DNA of 64,000 bases from Sphagnum compactum (GCA_965153455.1 OZ234493.1:32850213-32914212), one strand, 5' to 3'. Counted from the stretch's first letter, positions 1 through 14,025 are shown. Notes: a model not told the origin generated them from the sequence alone. Numbers and translations: made by a program.

Positions 1-1053
1 GATAGCATGACAAACATGGAGCAATGGCGACAACCCAATGCTACCATCCCCCTTGTCGTCCTCGTCTCCTCCTCCTCTCTGACATCATCCTCACCTTTCC
101 GCTGCTTCTTTTTCTCTATGCTGCTATGTTCCACAGATTCCACCTCTCCTGCTCCGGACGAAGCTTGAGAAGAAGAAGGGTTTTCTTGTTCTCCTTCCTT
201 CAAGCATCCAATATCCGATGGTGGTGCTTCTTCTTCTTCTTCTTCAGCAGTATGAGGCCCCTGCTGCGGAAACTCATTCTTGGGTGTGAAGCAGCGAGCT
301 TGCGCTTTCAATACTAGAGCTCGCACGGATTCATCGACTTGTCGAACAAGCTCTCGGGGATCCTTTCTCGCTCGTTTGAAGGAACGCCAGTGGAAGTAGT
401 AGAGCTCCCCCGTCTGCCACAAACCCCACACTTTGCTGATCAGCAGGCACGCATTATGTTAAGAAAGCCCAAGCTAACTAAGCTCAAGAAACAGGAATTG
501 CTGAAGAATGTGTTTCCTTTTTTGCTACCTTCAGATCCAAGAACTGTTCCCAATCCTCCGGAAGAGGGGATTGCGTGTGAAGCTCCACCTCGATTCCGCT
601 AGCATCAGCAACAGCAGTCGCAGCTTTCTCACATTGCTTCTTAAGAGTTTCTTCTTCTTCTTCTTCTTCTGCAGCTTCGTCCTCTTCCCCATCACGATCT
701 GCTGCTGGGCAGGCACGTTTCCGTTTGCCAGGAGCCTCGTCGACACCACCACCACCATCGCTGGACCTCAGTACCTTCACCTGCTGCTGCATTAGTTCCA
801 AGACCTCTTGCGGCCACGCCTGTGGCTTCACGCTGGCTGGCGGAGTTTGTCCCGGCGTAGCGGGAGAGAGAGGGGGAGGAGAGGAGCGGCAGCATTTCAC
901 CGCCACCCCCGGCGGCTTACTCAGAGCAGCAGCATCCACGTTACTAGAGGGAGGAAGTGTAAGCGCCATTGAAGAAGAAGGCGGAGGCGGCGCGTGGGTT
1001 CGAAGCTCGAGTGTGGAGCAAATGCGAGGCGCTATTTTGCCTGACCTCCCCAT
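1..1053 (-). CDS. CFL1: CURLY FLAG LEAF 1 (CFL1)-like WW-domain protein, 3'-partial; exon 1 1053-529, intron 528-414 (GT..AG), exon 2 413-<1
   Basis: Splicing joins ...ELHTQSPLPEDWEQFLDLK|TGELYYFHWRSFKRARKDPR, a WW domain in the CFL1 style. Exon 2 is open to the window edge and ends in MVALGCRHCSMFVMLS, the start of the CFL1/GIR1-type C-terminal Cys ribbon. The start codon (ATG at 1053 vs the downstream MALTLPP ATG) is uncertain. Confidence 0.88.
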
Positions 1054-1773
1054 TACAACAACCGTTTTCTTCTTCTTCCCAAAGCTTCTTGTTGTTGTAG
1101 TAGTAGTATTGGGTTCAACGCAACCAGGCGAAGAAGGAGAAGAAGAAGAAGAAGACACCAGTCGTAAGAAGCGCAACACATAACAAGAAGACTGCGACAA
1201 CACCAACACAAACTGCATAGCAAGCCAACAAAGGAACCAAGAGGATCCCAGGACAACCGACAAGCACCCACTACTACACACAACTCCACCCACTTATGAG
1301 CCAACAACAACAACAACACAATAGTAAACAAAGACACAGAGAAAGAAAACCAAAACACACACACACACACACTTGTACAAACACACCACAACAATAAAAC
1401 ACAAAACTGACTGCAGTTTATGAGAACTGAATTCAAACAGAAAATACACAACTGAAAAGCGGAGGAGAAGGAAAACAATCAAACATCAAGCACTCAAAGA
1501 AAGAAAGAAAGAAAGAGGGAGAGATACAAATCCAACTAACCCACCCAAATGGGAGAGAAAAAGGAAATGCAAAAGTAGGAAGGAAAAAGATCGAGAAAAA
1601 TAAGTAGAAATCGGCCCCCCACACACACACAACTAAACACGACAGATGGCAGATCTCGACAGAATAATTAAATAATAAAAGAGAGAGAGAGAGAGAGAGA
1701 GATTACAAATCTTGGGGAGAGAGAATTTCAAGCAGAGAATAGCAAAAGAGAAGGAAAACAAATTACCTAAACA

Positions 1774-2097
1774 AACAAGGGGTATGTTCACACTGTGGCC
1801 TTGCTGTCTACATTTAAAAGAATATTAAAGAAAAAGAAGAATTATGAAAATTCAAATATTTCACCATGCCAAAATATAATCTCCCAAAACAAATCCTCTA
1901 AAAGAAACCAAAATCCTTCAAGATATCATAACTCTATAACTCATCTCAAGTTTCATCACAAGTCAAAATATCATCATTCAAAAATCCTCATATAAAAATA
2001 GACCTATTATTACCTAGGGGCCAAAATCCCCTAAGCTACTATACTCTATAATGACTCTAAACACAATATCCTTGCCTTAGTAGGCACCCGCCAACAA
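1774..2097 (-). mobile_element. ~320-bp dispersed non-autonomous element, copy 1 (Helentron/HINE-like ends)
   Basis: Aligns by eye over its full length with 2718-3042, 5304-5622 and 26309-26626; shared ends AACAAGGGG...GCCAACAA. Confidence 0.75.
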
Positions 2098-2197
2098 AAG
2101 GAATGAGAGACACAACGACTCCAAGTAACCCACACCCAAGAAAGGAAAAGAAAAGAGAGAGAGAAAAAAAAGTAAAAAACACACTCACTCACTCTCA

Positions 2198-2234
<37 letters not shown>

Positions 2235-2717
2235 ACCCCCCCAACAAAACACAACAGATGGCAGATCCCAACAGAATTATCAAAGAATAAAAGAGAAAGA
2301 GAGAGAAGAGAGAGAGATTACAAAATCATTAAAATAATTTGGGAGAAAGTAGTGGGAAGACATATCATTGGCACGAGAGCAAATTACACTTGTTTCAAAA
2401 TTTGTGTTGTCATGAATGGATCAAAAGCCTTGGGAGAAGAAGAGAAGAAAGAGAGAGAGAAAAGGAAGAAGGGGGACTCCATTTTCTTATGAGAAAAATG
2501 CATAACAAGAAGAATAGGTTAATATTGGGTCCGTGACTTTTTCTTTATTGTAGATGGGTATTTGCTTGTATCCCTTGAACCTTCTCATCAGCATCAGCAT
2601 TATTTATTTAACTATATTCTATGACTTCACCTTGGGGAGTTACTTTGGAGTTGGAACTTGAAGAGGAAGAAAGCTATAATAAGAACATCTGTGTCTCTCT
2701 TTTTTATGTTTTTTTCT

Positions 2718-3042
2718 TTATTGGCGTTGCCTACCACGGCAAGGATATTGTGTTTAGATTCATTATAGAGTATAATAGTAGCTTAAGGGATTTTGGCCCC
2801 TAGGTAATAAATAATAGGTCTATTTTGATAAGAGGATTTTTGAAAGATGGTATTTTGGCTTGTGTTGAAACTTGAGATTAGTTATAGAGTGATGATATCT
2901 TGAAGGATTTTGGTTTCTTTTAGGGGATTTTTTTAGATTATAAATTTGCACGGTGAAATATTTGAATTTCTATAATTCTTCTTTTGCGTTACGATACGTT
3001 TCAATGTAAATGGCAAGGCCACAGTGTGACCCAACCCTTGTT
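2718..3042 (+). mobile_element. ~320-bp dispersed element, copy 2 (inverted relative to copy 1)
   Basis: Reverse complement of copy 1; ends ...GGCAAGGCCACAGTGTGACCCAACCCTTGTT. Confidence 0.75.
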
Positions 3043-5303
3043 TATCTTTGTTGGTGCCTTTGGTGTTTGTTAAAAAGGAAAAGAAGTGCATGATCTATTT
3101 CTTCAATCATTTCATTTTGGGGGTGGTGAGGCTGGGGTCCTCGTTTGTGACTAGATATAACTTAGATGAGTACATGCATAGTGTTTGTTTTTGTTTTGGA
3201 TGGTTCTTTCTTTGGGTCATTGCCTTGCCTTGTATGTTTGTTGTGTGCTTTGACAAAGAGAACTCTAAGGATTCATTCATTCAATGTGTTGTGGTTTTTG
3301 TGGTGCACAAATTGTTATGTCACAACGATTGAGTGAATAAGAATTGTAATGCAAGGGGTTCTTTGACCTATTTGATATACTTTTTCCCCCTTTCTTCTTT
3401 AGATGATGACAAAAAGGTGCCTTGGTCAATATTCCCCCTCCCCGCAACCAAAACAATTCTTTTCCGTTTTTCTTGTTATAAGGAGAGAGGGAGGTAGTTG
3501 GGCAATCAATGATGTGAGCACCTAACTAACAGCCCATCCTCACCCATCCTCCTCCTTATATCAAGGCAACAAGTAAGATGACACCAATCAACAAAGTCCT
3601 TGTGTTGAGTGTCTTGGACCTTGAACATTTTTCGGTTCCCTTCCCATCTTTGTATCATCTTGTCACCAAACATAACCTCTCAAATACCCTTTATTTTACC
3701 ACACCAAACATTGCATCATTTTTCTTTTTTCTTTGTCTACTTCATCCTCTTCGTAATATTTATATAGCTTAGTACTACCACTAATATCACACTTTTGTGA
3801 TCCGCTTAATTACACAAACAAGGCATGTTTAAATCTATATAAATGCTACCTCCATTGCTTTACCATTTGCGCGTTGCTGATGTCCATGTAATTCAAGATC
3901 ATCATCCACTGTTGGGATAGCAACTCTAACACGCATCAAACTTATTGCTACTAAACTCACACAATCTTGAGGAATGATGGCTTAAGCAATTGTGATTTTT
4001 CTAATAGAATTTTTTTGGATCGGTTGTTTGTGCCCCAACGTGTGAGTTCCCAAATGTGACAAGCCTGTTTTGGAGGAGTTTTTGTTCTCTTTTGAGCGTC
4101 ATATGTCATCATGCCATTGACACCCAATCTAGATGATCCAAGGATAATAATGGGTTGGGCCAAAACTAGGGAGGAATTACAATTCTCTGCATGAACTTGG
4201 GAGCTTCGCATGTTTATGTAAGTTGTCTCCGAACAAGACAACTTAACCAGCTCTTCCACAGTTAGTTTTGTCAGTGTGTTTCTGGGGGAGAGGAGGTGAG
4301 GGCTACAGACATGCATGGGAAAAATACATATTTGTGAAGGTATGCAATAAATGCTCTGGACTTGTGGACTTTTTGTTATGAATTGTCAAATGTTGCTTCT
4401 ACTTACTAACCGAGACCATTGAACTTTGTTGTACCTGTAGATTTTGGCAAAGTTTCAAAGCATCTCCGGAGGTGGGAGCCATTTGGCGTCCTCTAGCCGT
4501 GTTTATCTGTCCAAGGACTTGGAGTAATTGTTTTCCCCTCCTCTCCCATAACCATGAAAAGCAAAAGTATATACCAAAAATGATACTTGAGTTTTTAAGT
4601 GCTTCATTATTGATGGCCAGTGTTGAAGGGGAGTGATTTTAGCATCCCATGGCTACTTTCAGCCATGCCATAATGTGACCCTTTCACAAGTCAAACTTAG
4701 GCCCTGTCTCCAAAATGCCGCAACATGGCAGAGCTTCATCTTTAGATTGTCACGGAAGGTGCCATCTCTGGAGATACTCTTAAGTTTAGTGTTGAATGGT
4801 TTTGAAGTGTTGTTTAGACTGACCCCCAAGCTTTCTTGAAATGTGATGTTGGGGGTAGGCTTTTGCACTGCCATGTGCAGAATTTTGGCAGTTCTAGGAA
4901 TTGGGTAAAGTACTTTGATCACACAAAAGACCCACTTGGAATTTTTGTAAACACAAGATAAGAAAGTGAGAGGGAGGATTTTCAGAAAAGAGTTGGATGG
5001 AAAAAATATAGTAATTTACTCAGTGTAATCTCCAAAGCTATGCATTAAAATAAGGAAGGTATTGCCCAAGTCTAGACACAGAGTTCTCTTCAATGGGGGA
5101 TATCCTTCATCACCAAATTTGGACTTTGTGAGCTTACACTTACATGATGAAGCAAATCACATGTGGGAAGTGTCAAATGCAGCCATTTTCTTTGGACTTA
5201 TGTTTTGGTTGGATCCAATATGGAAATGTGTTTGGCCTTGGAAAATGTTCCCTGTATGGAGAATAAGGCTGCTCTCAAAGGATGAACGCTCCAGATATGT
5301 GCT

Positions 5304-5622
5304 AACAAGGGGTGTGTCACACCGTGGCCTTGCCATTTACCTTAAAAAGTATTGCATGGCAAAAGAAGAATTATGGAAACTCAAATAATTCACAATGCAA
5401 AAATATAATCTTCAAAAAATCATCGAGAAGAAACCAAAATGCTTCAAGATATTATAACTCTATAACTAATCTCAAGTTTCAACACAAGCCAAAATATCAT
5501 CTTTCAAAAACCCTCATATAAAAATAGAGCTATTATTACCTAGGGGCCAAAATCCCTTTAGCTACTATACTCTATAATAAATCTAAACACAATATCCTTG
5601 CCTTGGTAAGCAAGGCCAACAA
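5304..5622 (-). mobile_element. ~320-bp dispersed element, copy 3
   Basis: AACAAGGGGTGTGTCACACCGTGGCCTTGCC...CCTTGCCTTGGTAAGCAAGGCCAACAA; same family as copies 1, 2 and 4. Confidence 0.78.
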
Positions 5623-8149
5623 ACAACCCATGTTACTATTCCTTTGATGGCTTAAATTCCCACTGTCAGCTCAATCCAGGTTAATTGTTGAATGAAGGGT
5701 ATGCATTTTTTAAGTTGTAAAAAATGCATAGGTATTTTTGGATGAAGCACAATCTTCTTATAATGGAGAGGCTCAATACGTTAATTTCTATAAATGTAAT
5801 ACTGTGGCCTAGGGTCAGTTTCCACATTGACAAAACAATTATATTTTATTTTCAAAAAATTAATTTTTTTAAATTTTGAAAATACATATTTTCCATAATT
5901 TACATATAATATTGTGATATGAATAGTGAAATTATTCAGAATGTAGCTTATGATAATTATGATGATTTTCAACATGACGACTTCATATTTTTCACAAAAT
6001 TTCATTTCACTAGTTTGAGGATTATTTAATGACGAAACTAACCTTAGGGTAAGGTATAGGATCCAATGCCTGTAAAAGGCACCGAATGATAAAACAACTG
6101 CTCTTGCTGGTTGGTTGGTTATAACGATCGGCCCATGTTCTTTTGTTTGAATAGTCTCTCATGTTATATACTATAGAGTTTTCATGTTTATGGGTGAGGA
6201 TTCGAAAACAATTATCACCCTATGTTGGATATGAGAAATCTTTCTAAGGGCTCCAAAAGGGTGTTATCGGTGGAGTTGATCTTAGGGTGTTATATACAAT
6301 CCATGAGCTTACAAATAAAAATTTGTAAGTTTTTGCATATATCATGGTACTTAGTTAGAAGCATAGCATAGAGTATCCTAACCTATTATATATTCCTCGC
6401 TTTTTTCCTCCAATTGCAGACCTATTTTATTGCTCCTAATGTAAACCCAATTTGGACTAAAGAATAAACACATGATTTTTTCATAGCCCATTTCTTCTTC
6501 TTTGATCCTTACAATCTCCCTTATTTTTATTTACAAAACTTGAATGTTGTGAGAATGAAATTGGGGGCCTTTCTCCAAGAAATTTTACATTCTTGTCTTT
6601 ACAAGGATCCTCATACATGAAAGTTATGAATTCTTTCTTATTAGCCGAAATGCATTATAATTGAACATTCTAAAAGAAGCTCCACCAATCTAATTTTCAT
6701 GGAAGGGTCAGCCCACATCCCTTGAGAATTTTGATTCCACCTTGTGATTGTGAGTAATCTACATCATGTGCATAGCCTTCCATGGCTGGGAAACCAAAAA
6801 AATTAAAAAAAAAACTATCAACAAAAAAATCTAGTGCAAAAAACTTCAACACCTTGAAGAGCTTTAAAAAATATTAGAAGAAGGGGATGATCCTTTTTAG
6901 TATTGTGTTTAAGGTTGAGGGGGCAATAATTTTGTGTGAGGGGAAATGAGAGCTACCAAAAATTTCCAAGCAAACTTTACTTTTCAAAAAAAATTATAAA
7001 TATTAATAAAAATATCATAGATGAGTGGTTGGGATTTTGTGGGACCCATGGGTTGCCACTTTTTTCAGGTGGACCTCAAAAAATATATATTAATTTTAAA
7101 AAAATTATAAAATTTAAAAAAAGGGTGCAAGCAACATTGTCCATAAAGGTCCATGTAGGATTTCAACAAGGATTTTCATTGAAGGTCATTTGCTTTGGGC
7201 CTAAGCCTCAAATGGACCCTAGTGTAAACCCAAGGAGACCATCCTTCATTCTTTGCACTAATAAAAAGATTTTTTATTTTTGTGGTCACAAGCCCACCCA
7301 AGAGCTCTAGTGTCATCCCCCTAATCAACATTTCATCAACATGAAAAAGATGATGATCTGAAAATTTTGAGCACACATGTGCACATGTGTTTAGTTTGAA
7401 ACTCACATGCTTCAAAACCTATAATGAATTTCTACACCAATTGTGCCAAACCAATGCATGTATTTTATTTACATCATCACAATACATTTTGAATTCGATT
7501 CATTTCAATTCATCAAACATGATTTGATGATGATGATAGGTGAAAAGGCCTTTTATGTGAACACCACCCACCTTTTAGTTGTTTTGTAGGTTGTGGTTAG
7601 GAAAAGGTTGAAAGAAGCAATCTATATATTAAAATAGGTGTTTGTTTTGGGGCTAGACCTTGACCCTCCCAAATCATGGGGCACCTTTTGTGCTTTCGGT
7701 ATCACAAAAAAGTTCTTGATGAAGGATTCACAATTTCAAACTAATGAATTAAAAGTTATTAATTTCAAATGATTATTATCTTTGGAAATAAAATTCAAAA
7801 ATTCAATGATTTTTTCACAATTGGATTTTTTGGAGAGTCATTTCCATTAGAGAGCCTTGAAAAAGTTTGTGTTAGAATGTTTTAATATTCATACATTAAG
7901 TTAGGTGTTATTAAGAAATTACTGACTTCATAAGTCTCTATAAGTCCACTTGGACCAAAATAATATTGGGATAGGTGAACTTTTAGGAGGATTAATATCC
8001 TAGGGCCAACATCACGAGGGCACACTAATAGGTATTAGGAAGGGGTATTAATAATGGCTACAAATAGTTTTGGGAATTGAAATTGTAAGCAGTCAATGAG
8101 AGTGTTCAACACGTGCACCAAGGATGGCTAGTCATTTTGGGGTGGGGGG

Positions 8150-8450
8150 TGAAGGAGGAGGGGGAAATTTATTTTGGAGTTTTTATGTTTTTAATGTGTT
8201 TCAATGAATTCCCAATGTTTTTATATGTTCCTCAAGCAATTCCCAATAGTATTTCACCTTATCCCATATACTTTACCCAAAATTTTACCATTTAACCAAT
8301 ATAGCTAACCAAAGAGAGGTTATTTAATCTTTTGTTTTAGAGTTGTTCATATTGTGTGTGATTTTTTTTTTTGGTGATGAGGCAATCAAAGAGGCCCATA
8401 ATCAAAAACAAAGATCACATCGCATGCACCCCACCACTAATTCATGCAAT
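8150..8450 (+). repeat. Dispersed repeat fragment (related pieces at ~21640-21870 and ~29950-30110)
   Basis: A core resembling TTATCCCATA...AAAATTTT...CCAAAGAG recurs, degenerately, at three loci; boundaries are approximate. Confidence 0.4.
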
Positions 8451-10334
8451 TAACAATAATCATTTGAGATGTATGTCCCAAATGAAGAAGGAGAACGATT
8501 ACATAATTGATGAAAGGAAGTTTGAAAATAATTACATAACCTTCCTATTGATGGACAAGAAATCATCTAACCTTGCTATAGATGGGTGAAAAGTCATGTA
8601 TCCCTCCTCTCAATGGGCAAAAATTCATATTTAATGTCATGTTTGAACAATGTATGCATAAAGAAGGAAGGGTAAGAGGACATTTTTGGTGAATAGTGAA
8701 TAGGGGATGAATTAGAAGGTAAAGAACATGAGAGATTAAATAGTCATGAATGAGCTTTGTTTGAACTTGCTTGCACCTGTTTAAGCTTTGCACAATTTGC
8801 TTGTTCTAATCTCCCACACCAATTTCAAACTCATGATCTCTCAAGAAAGAATGAGAATAACCAATTGTCAAATATTTGGTACAAGACAAGACATTAGTTT
8901 CATGTAATTTGTGATTGGAACTCAGTTTAATGTGAATAGGGTTTTGATTTCTTTTATGTTTGGAGAGGTTTGTTTTCATGGTGTGATTTTGGGGTCTCAT
9001 TTTTTGAGTTTCAAAAGAAATCATTTGCAAACCACATGAATCCAAGTTCAAAACACACAAAACAATGACTTATTTGTCAATTTGTGTGCATGTTTCTATG
9101 TGTATGACTTTGTTAGTTTCGATAATATTGGGTGTCAATCTTGCAATGCAATGCACAACATTATCCTCAACATACTTTTTGATACTAAAGTATTATTGTT
9201 TTTAATTTAACCTAAAACCAAGGTCGAACTAATCAAGTTGTACAACATAACTATGTGGCTGCATGGGATGTGCGTTGCACTATCATCCCCGTAGTGCTCA
9301 TAGGGGGGATGTTAGTGTCTTCCATCAAGAACCTAGTAGGTTATGAAAACCACCAAACTAGATTTGAAAGAATGAGAGAAAAGTTTCTGAGATTGCGTTG
9401 GAGAGGGAAAAGAGCTGAATGTTGAACATATGTGTTGGGTGAAACCAGCACCCACATTGGTACCATGCTAAAAATCCCAAAATCCATTTAAATTCTTTTA
9501 TAAATATATTATAAACATCCAATGCATAGACCAAATTAGGTTCAAATCTAATATCAGAGGCAGGAGAGATGAGAATGGAAATTCAGATTAAAATCAAAGA
9601 CCCAAGAGGAATTTTGTGGGTTGATTAACTGGTGTAGGAACGAAGGAAGTGAAAGGAATTCTGAGAGAGAGAAGAAAGAGAGAGATCAGAGAGAGAGAGA
9701 GAGAGAGGCTTCAGGACAGGAAGTTAGAAAGACGCGACCCAAATCACGCACGGCGCTGGTCGCCAATAGAAACCAGTTTTTGTTGGACCCCATTGATGAC
9801 ATTAATGGCTGCAGTCAGAGCTAGCCTTTGCTCACGGTTCAAAGCAATCCAAACAAAAAGACTTGATGACACACACCCACTCTTGATTGAGAGAGTGTGA
9901 GTGTGCCATGAGTCCTTGAGTCAGGACGGACATCTATGAGCTTTTTCCATTAGGCTGCTACTGTGATTACTGTGGTAAGTGAGAGAGCTACTACATCATA
10001 AATGAATACATTAAGCAAGAGATATGATGGTCAGGAGTGGGACAAAGCTCTTAAGACTCAAGAGATAATAATAGTCATAATCATAATCAATACCAGCAGC
10101 AGTTGCCTGATTTGGGAGCCGTGCTCGCTAATCACACGCTGTCCCATGTGATTTAGCCATACCCAGCGATTGATTAGTGTAGTAGGCTAGTGTGATGGTG
10201 AAAGGAATCCAATGGAAAGTGCGATTATGAGAACTTAAGGTGTCTCTGTCGCAGGCAGCAACATGGATGGCACTGTTTGTGACGAAACTCAAGCTTTAAG
10301 TGATCAGTTAATGAACCCCACATCCTGCTCTGGT

Positions 10335-10920
10335 CCACCACAGGTAGGTACGTAGTAGGGTAACCGGCCGGTGATCGAACACTTGAGTTCTTAGAGAGGC
10401 CAGGCCGGATCCAAGGGCAGCGCTCTGTTCGTTTCTGGTGTCCCAAAAAACACTTGAACCCTTCTTATTGGCGCATTTGGTGCATTAAAAATCATCCAAA
10501 ATGAAATAGAATTGAGAAAGTTACAGCTCCCCAAAATAGAAGTCAAGAACTCAAAAAAAAACGAACCATCGAACGTTACAAAGGCCAATTCTTGAACACC
10601 TAAAAAATTCTTTCTATGTTGCTATGTTGCCATTAGAGTTATTGGAGTTCAAAGATGATTTGTAGAACTTCAGGTGGTGCTCCCGTAGCACTTTTAAAAA
10701 ATTTAAATGAATAAGAAATAAGAAAGTTATGAGGTTTGAAAGTATGGGGGGTCAAAATTTTTAAAAAACACATTTTGCTATTCGAAAAACGCATTTTCAT
10801 TACAACTCTTTTTTGGCTGGTCCCTTGGCTTTGCATTTCGAAAATAATTTGTAGAGCTTGAGAAGGCGCTCCTATAACATTTTAAATCACTCAAAATGTA
10901 GAAAGAATTGAGAAAGATTT
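10335..10920 (+). repeat. Dispersed repeat/transposon fragment, related in reverse to ~39890-40080
   Basis: TAGGGTAACCGGCCGGTG here vs TAGGGTAGAACGGCCGGTG (minus strand, ~40058-40076); GAGAAAGTTA-type motif is shared by both and recurs internally. Confidence 0.4.
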
Positions 10921-13900
10921 GCCAAAGTGTTCGGTCATAGGCAGGCAATCAGTGATGAGCCAGTTTGCCCTAGTGTGACCATGCATAACTGACAATTATT
11001 GCCAATAATAAGCAAGTAAATTGATAATTGAAGGTATTACTTTGACATTGAAATTGATCATTTATGGGTTTAATTTTTTTTATATAAATCTATAGCCTAG
11101 CTGGCTTGTTATGAAAAGAAAACAATAACCACCCAACATTGTTTAAACAATTTGGAAGCTTTTGGAGAACATGTCAGGAATAGTGATTTTTTTTTTAAAG
11201 GAATTGCTAAGTTAGCCTAATTCGGCTAGGTCTTACCAAGCTATGGCATCCGCTCAGATTGAGGGTTCAAAAATTAATCCACCTCATCAAATTCTTTGTA
11301 AAAATGTGGCTGTATTTGTATTTCGTGGTAAAAGATTCACGGCTACAAGATTATTTCTTATGTGAATTTTAACAATGAACAATTGGCAGCTCAAATAAAA
11401 AGTTGGCAACCAGGGGGAAAAAAAAAAAAAAAAAGTAGAAAATGTGATGTCCATAGACACAAAAAAGTAGAAAATTTGGCTAGAAAATAGATCTCCAAGG
11501 GGGAATTCAACCCTAGTCCATATGGACCTTGCCCGTTACAGCTAAAAATGGCCTACAAAAACATACAACATAATTAATAATGTATTGTGCATTGTGTACA
11601 ATTTCGACATTAAAAAAAACAAATGGAATAGCAATTGAAAATTCATGCTGAAAGTTTCGACTTGGAACCTGCAAGTCAAGCACAAAAAATGACAAAATGC
11701 AAAGAGGGTTTAGAAAAAAATGACTTTGTTGTAGAAAGGAATTATTATTTTAGTAGTCTTTGAACTTTCTTGGTTATCCAGGCTTTGATCGAAAGAGTAA
11801 ATGGAAAGTTCTCCAATGTATAAGAAATATGTGCATACATGCACACAACCAAATCCAAATGTGTTGTGAATATATTTTTTAACTTGTTACATAAGAAGAA
11901 ATCTTAGGTTTTTGCACTATCATCTATTGCAACTATTTGTCAAATTTGACCACTATTTGATTTATTATCATCATGCACAGCAAGTGAATTGTTTGCTAAT
12001 TATTTGTGCATAATTTCCATAGTGAAAATAATGACTATTTTGCTCACTAACACTAGATTTTTTCCTTCATGTTGAATTTTATAATAATGAAAAAAATTCT
12101 AACATGGAAAATATCTCAACCTTAGACTCCTTGCAATAGTGATAATATTGTTTAGTCATTCTTTTAACAACTTTTCAACTATTAACCTCTAGCATAAGTT
12201 TAATCAAAGTTTGATAATAATTGCAAAATGTTATTCATAAGTTGCACCTTTCACTTACATAAGAAGTCACCTTATTTTACTTTTTAATAATTTGAAATTG
12301 TTGATGTGAAAATTAAGGTAGCATTCAACTTTATTTACGCATTGCACTATAATGGTTAGTGATTTTTTTGACATCTCGTCAACTATCAACATGGTACATG
12401 AGTTGAATTATACATTTTTATCATGTTGAAACCATTGTTCATAGGTTGCATTCTACATTTATCATAATTCAATAAAACACATGCATTACTTATAACGACC
12501 TCACATTTCAACATCTACACATAAGGTGAATGATTCATTTTAAATCCATTACTATCTAACATTTTTCACTCACCACAATTTTTTTAAATGGATGTATAAA
12601 AATTTGTCATGTTTCACATTTATGTTTGAACTAAAAATTAAGTCAAAATGTTCATATATACAAAGTCTAAGGTCCATATAGACCTTTATATTTAAAAAAT
12701 TTAATGTTCAAACTTGTACATTTATGTAAATTTAGATTAATGTTTTTCCCCTATTTCATTCATCATTGGACAAGTTCTTAATTACAAATGTTCATGATGA
12801 AACAATAACAAAACTTCAAGAACAAATCCTTAAATTATTCTTCCATTTTATCTTTTGATGTATGAGAAATATAAAGCCTAGCTAACTTTATTTTTTTGGG
12901 TATGTTATTATTTTTATTGTTACCATGATTTAGCATTTTTTTAAGGTTTGTTTTGGTACAAGTTCATATCTAGGTATTTAAAGATGATTTTTTTAATTAT
13001 TTAAAAAATAAAAAAAATACAAATGGTGATCTCATAATAATGACATCAACAAATTATTATTATTTTCAATTTTTTGGTGTTGTTCAAATGACAATCATTG
13101 ATAAAAATATCACCAAATTATGTTTTAAAAAATTCTACAAAGGTAAAATGTATTAATACATTACTAGAAAAATAACATAAATAATACGTTGTTATATTTT
13201 TTTCAAATTTGTGTAATTAATAATTTTTTATTAGTCTATAATTAATGTTGTTAAACAAATATGATGTTGAAAAAAAATGTTTATATATATTATTTAATTA
13301 ATTTTTCTTTTAATATCCATTTTTTGCCAATTTAAAGGGGGGGGGACATCAACAATGGTTTTTTTGCCAAAAAAACTTTTTTTTTATCAAATTTTAAATT
13401 GAAATTTTTTTCAAGGTAATATTGAAGGATTTAAACAATTTTGCAACTCCATAATTCTTTTATAAACAAATGGGGGTAAAACTACTTATAGGTGATAACA
13501 ATTTGAATAACATTGCAAAAGTTTTTTTTTTAAAAATTGTACATAATCATATTGAGGAAAACAAAACTTACAATTCTTCAAAAATTGAACAAATATTTTA
13601 CATAACAAAAGCATCTTTGTTCAAGATTTAATGAAAGCACAGTTGAATTCACATTGAATTGAATTGCATTTATGAAGATTGTAGATGAATTTAAGGAAAA
13701 AAGATTTGTAGATTTTTTGGTTTATTCATAACATGTTATTGTTAGGAATAACATTTTAAGTTCTTTCTTGAACCCTTCAAATTGTATAATTATAAATTAT
13801 AATTATTTTCATGAATAGATTATCAAATAAGCTTAAAGATCATGTTTTCATTTGTAGCATTTGAATCAATTTTGAGAAACAAAACATATGTTAAACTTTG

Positions 13901-13962
13901 AATTTTTTAATAGTTTTATGTCGAAAATAATAAACTTACACTTTCTATCTTATCAAATTCTT

Positions 13963-14025
13963 CAAGTGGTTTAATGGTGAAGACCTTGGTGCATCTCCAT
14001 GAAATCTTGGGTTCAAACCTTGATG
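13963..14025 (+). mobile_element. tRNA-derived SINE head or decayed tRNA pseudogene
   Basis: A-box-like TGGTTTAATGGT and B-box-like GGGTTCAAACC at tRNA-like spacing; no complete cloverleaf. Confidence 0.4.

Noticed and set aside
484-1293. 269-aa ORF as a single-exon gene
   Set aside because: The N-terminal part is microsatellite-rich leader and the tail runs into an intron; the spliced model restores the WW domain.
3950-5300. Coding exons in a GC-moderate stretch
   Set aside because: No recognisable protein motif and no consistent exon chain.
10100-10180. miR171-like precursor (GAGCCGTGC)
   Set aside because: The match covers only ~9 nt, and there is no proper miRNA/miRNA* duplex.
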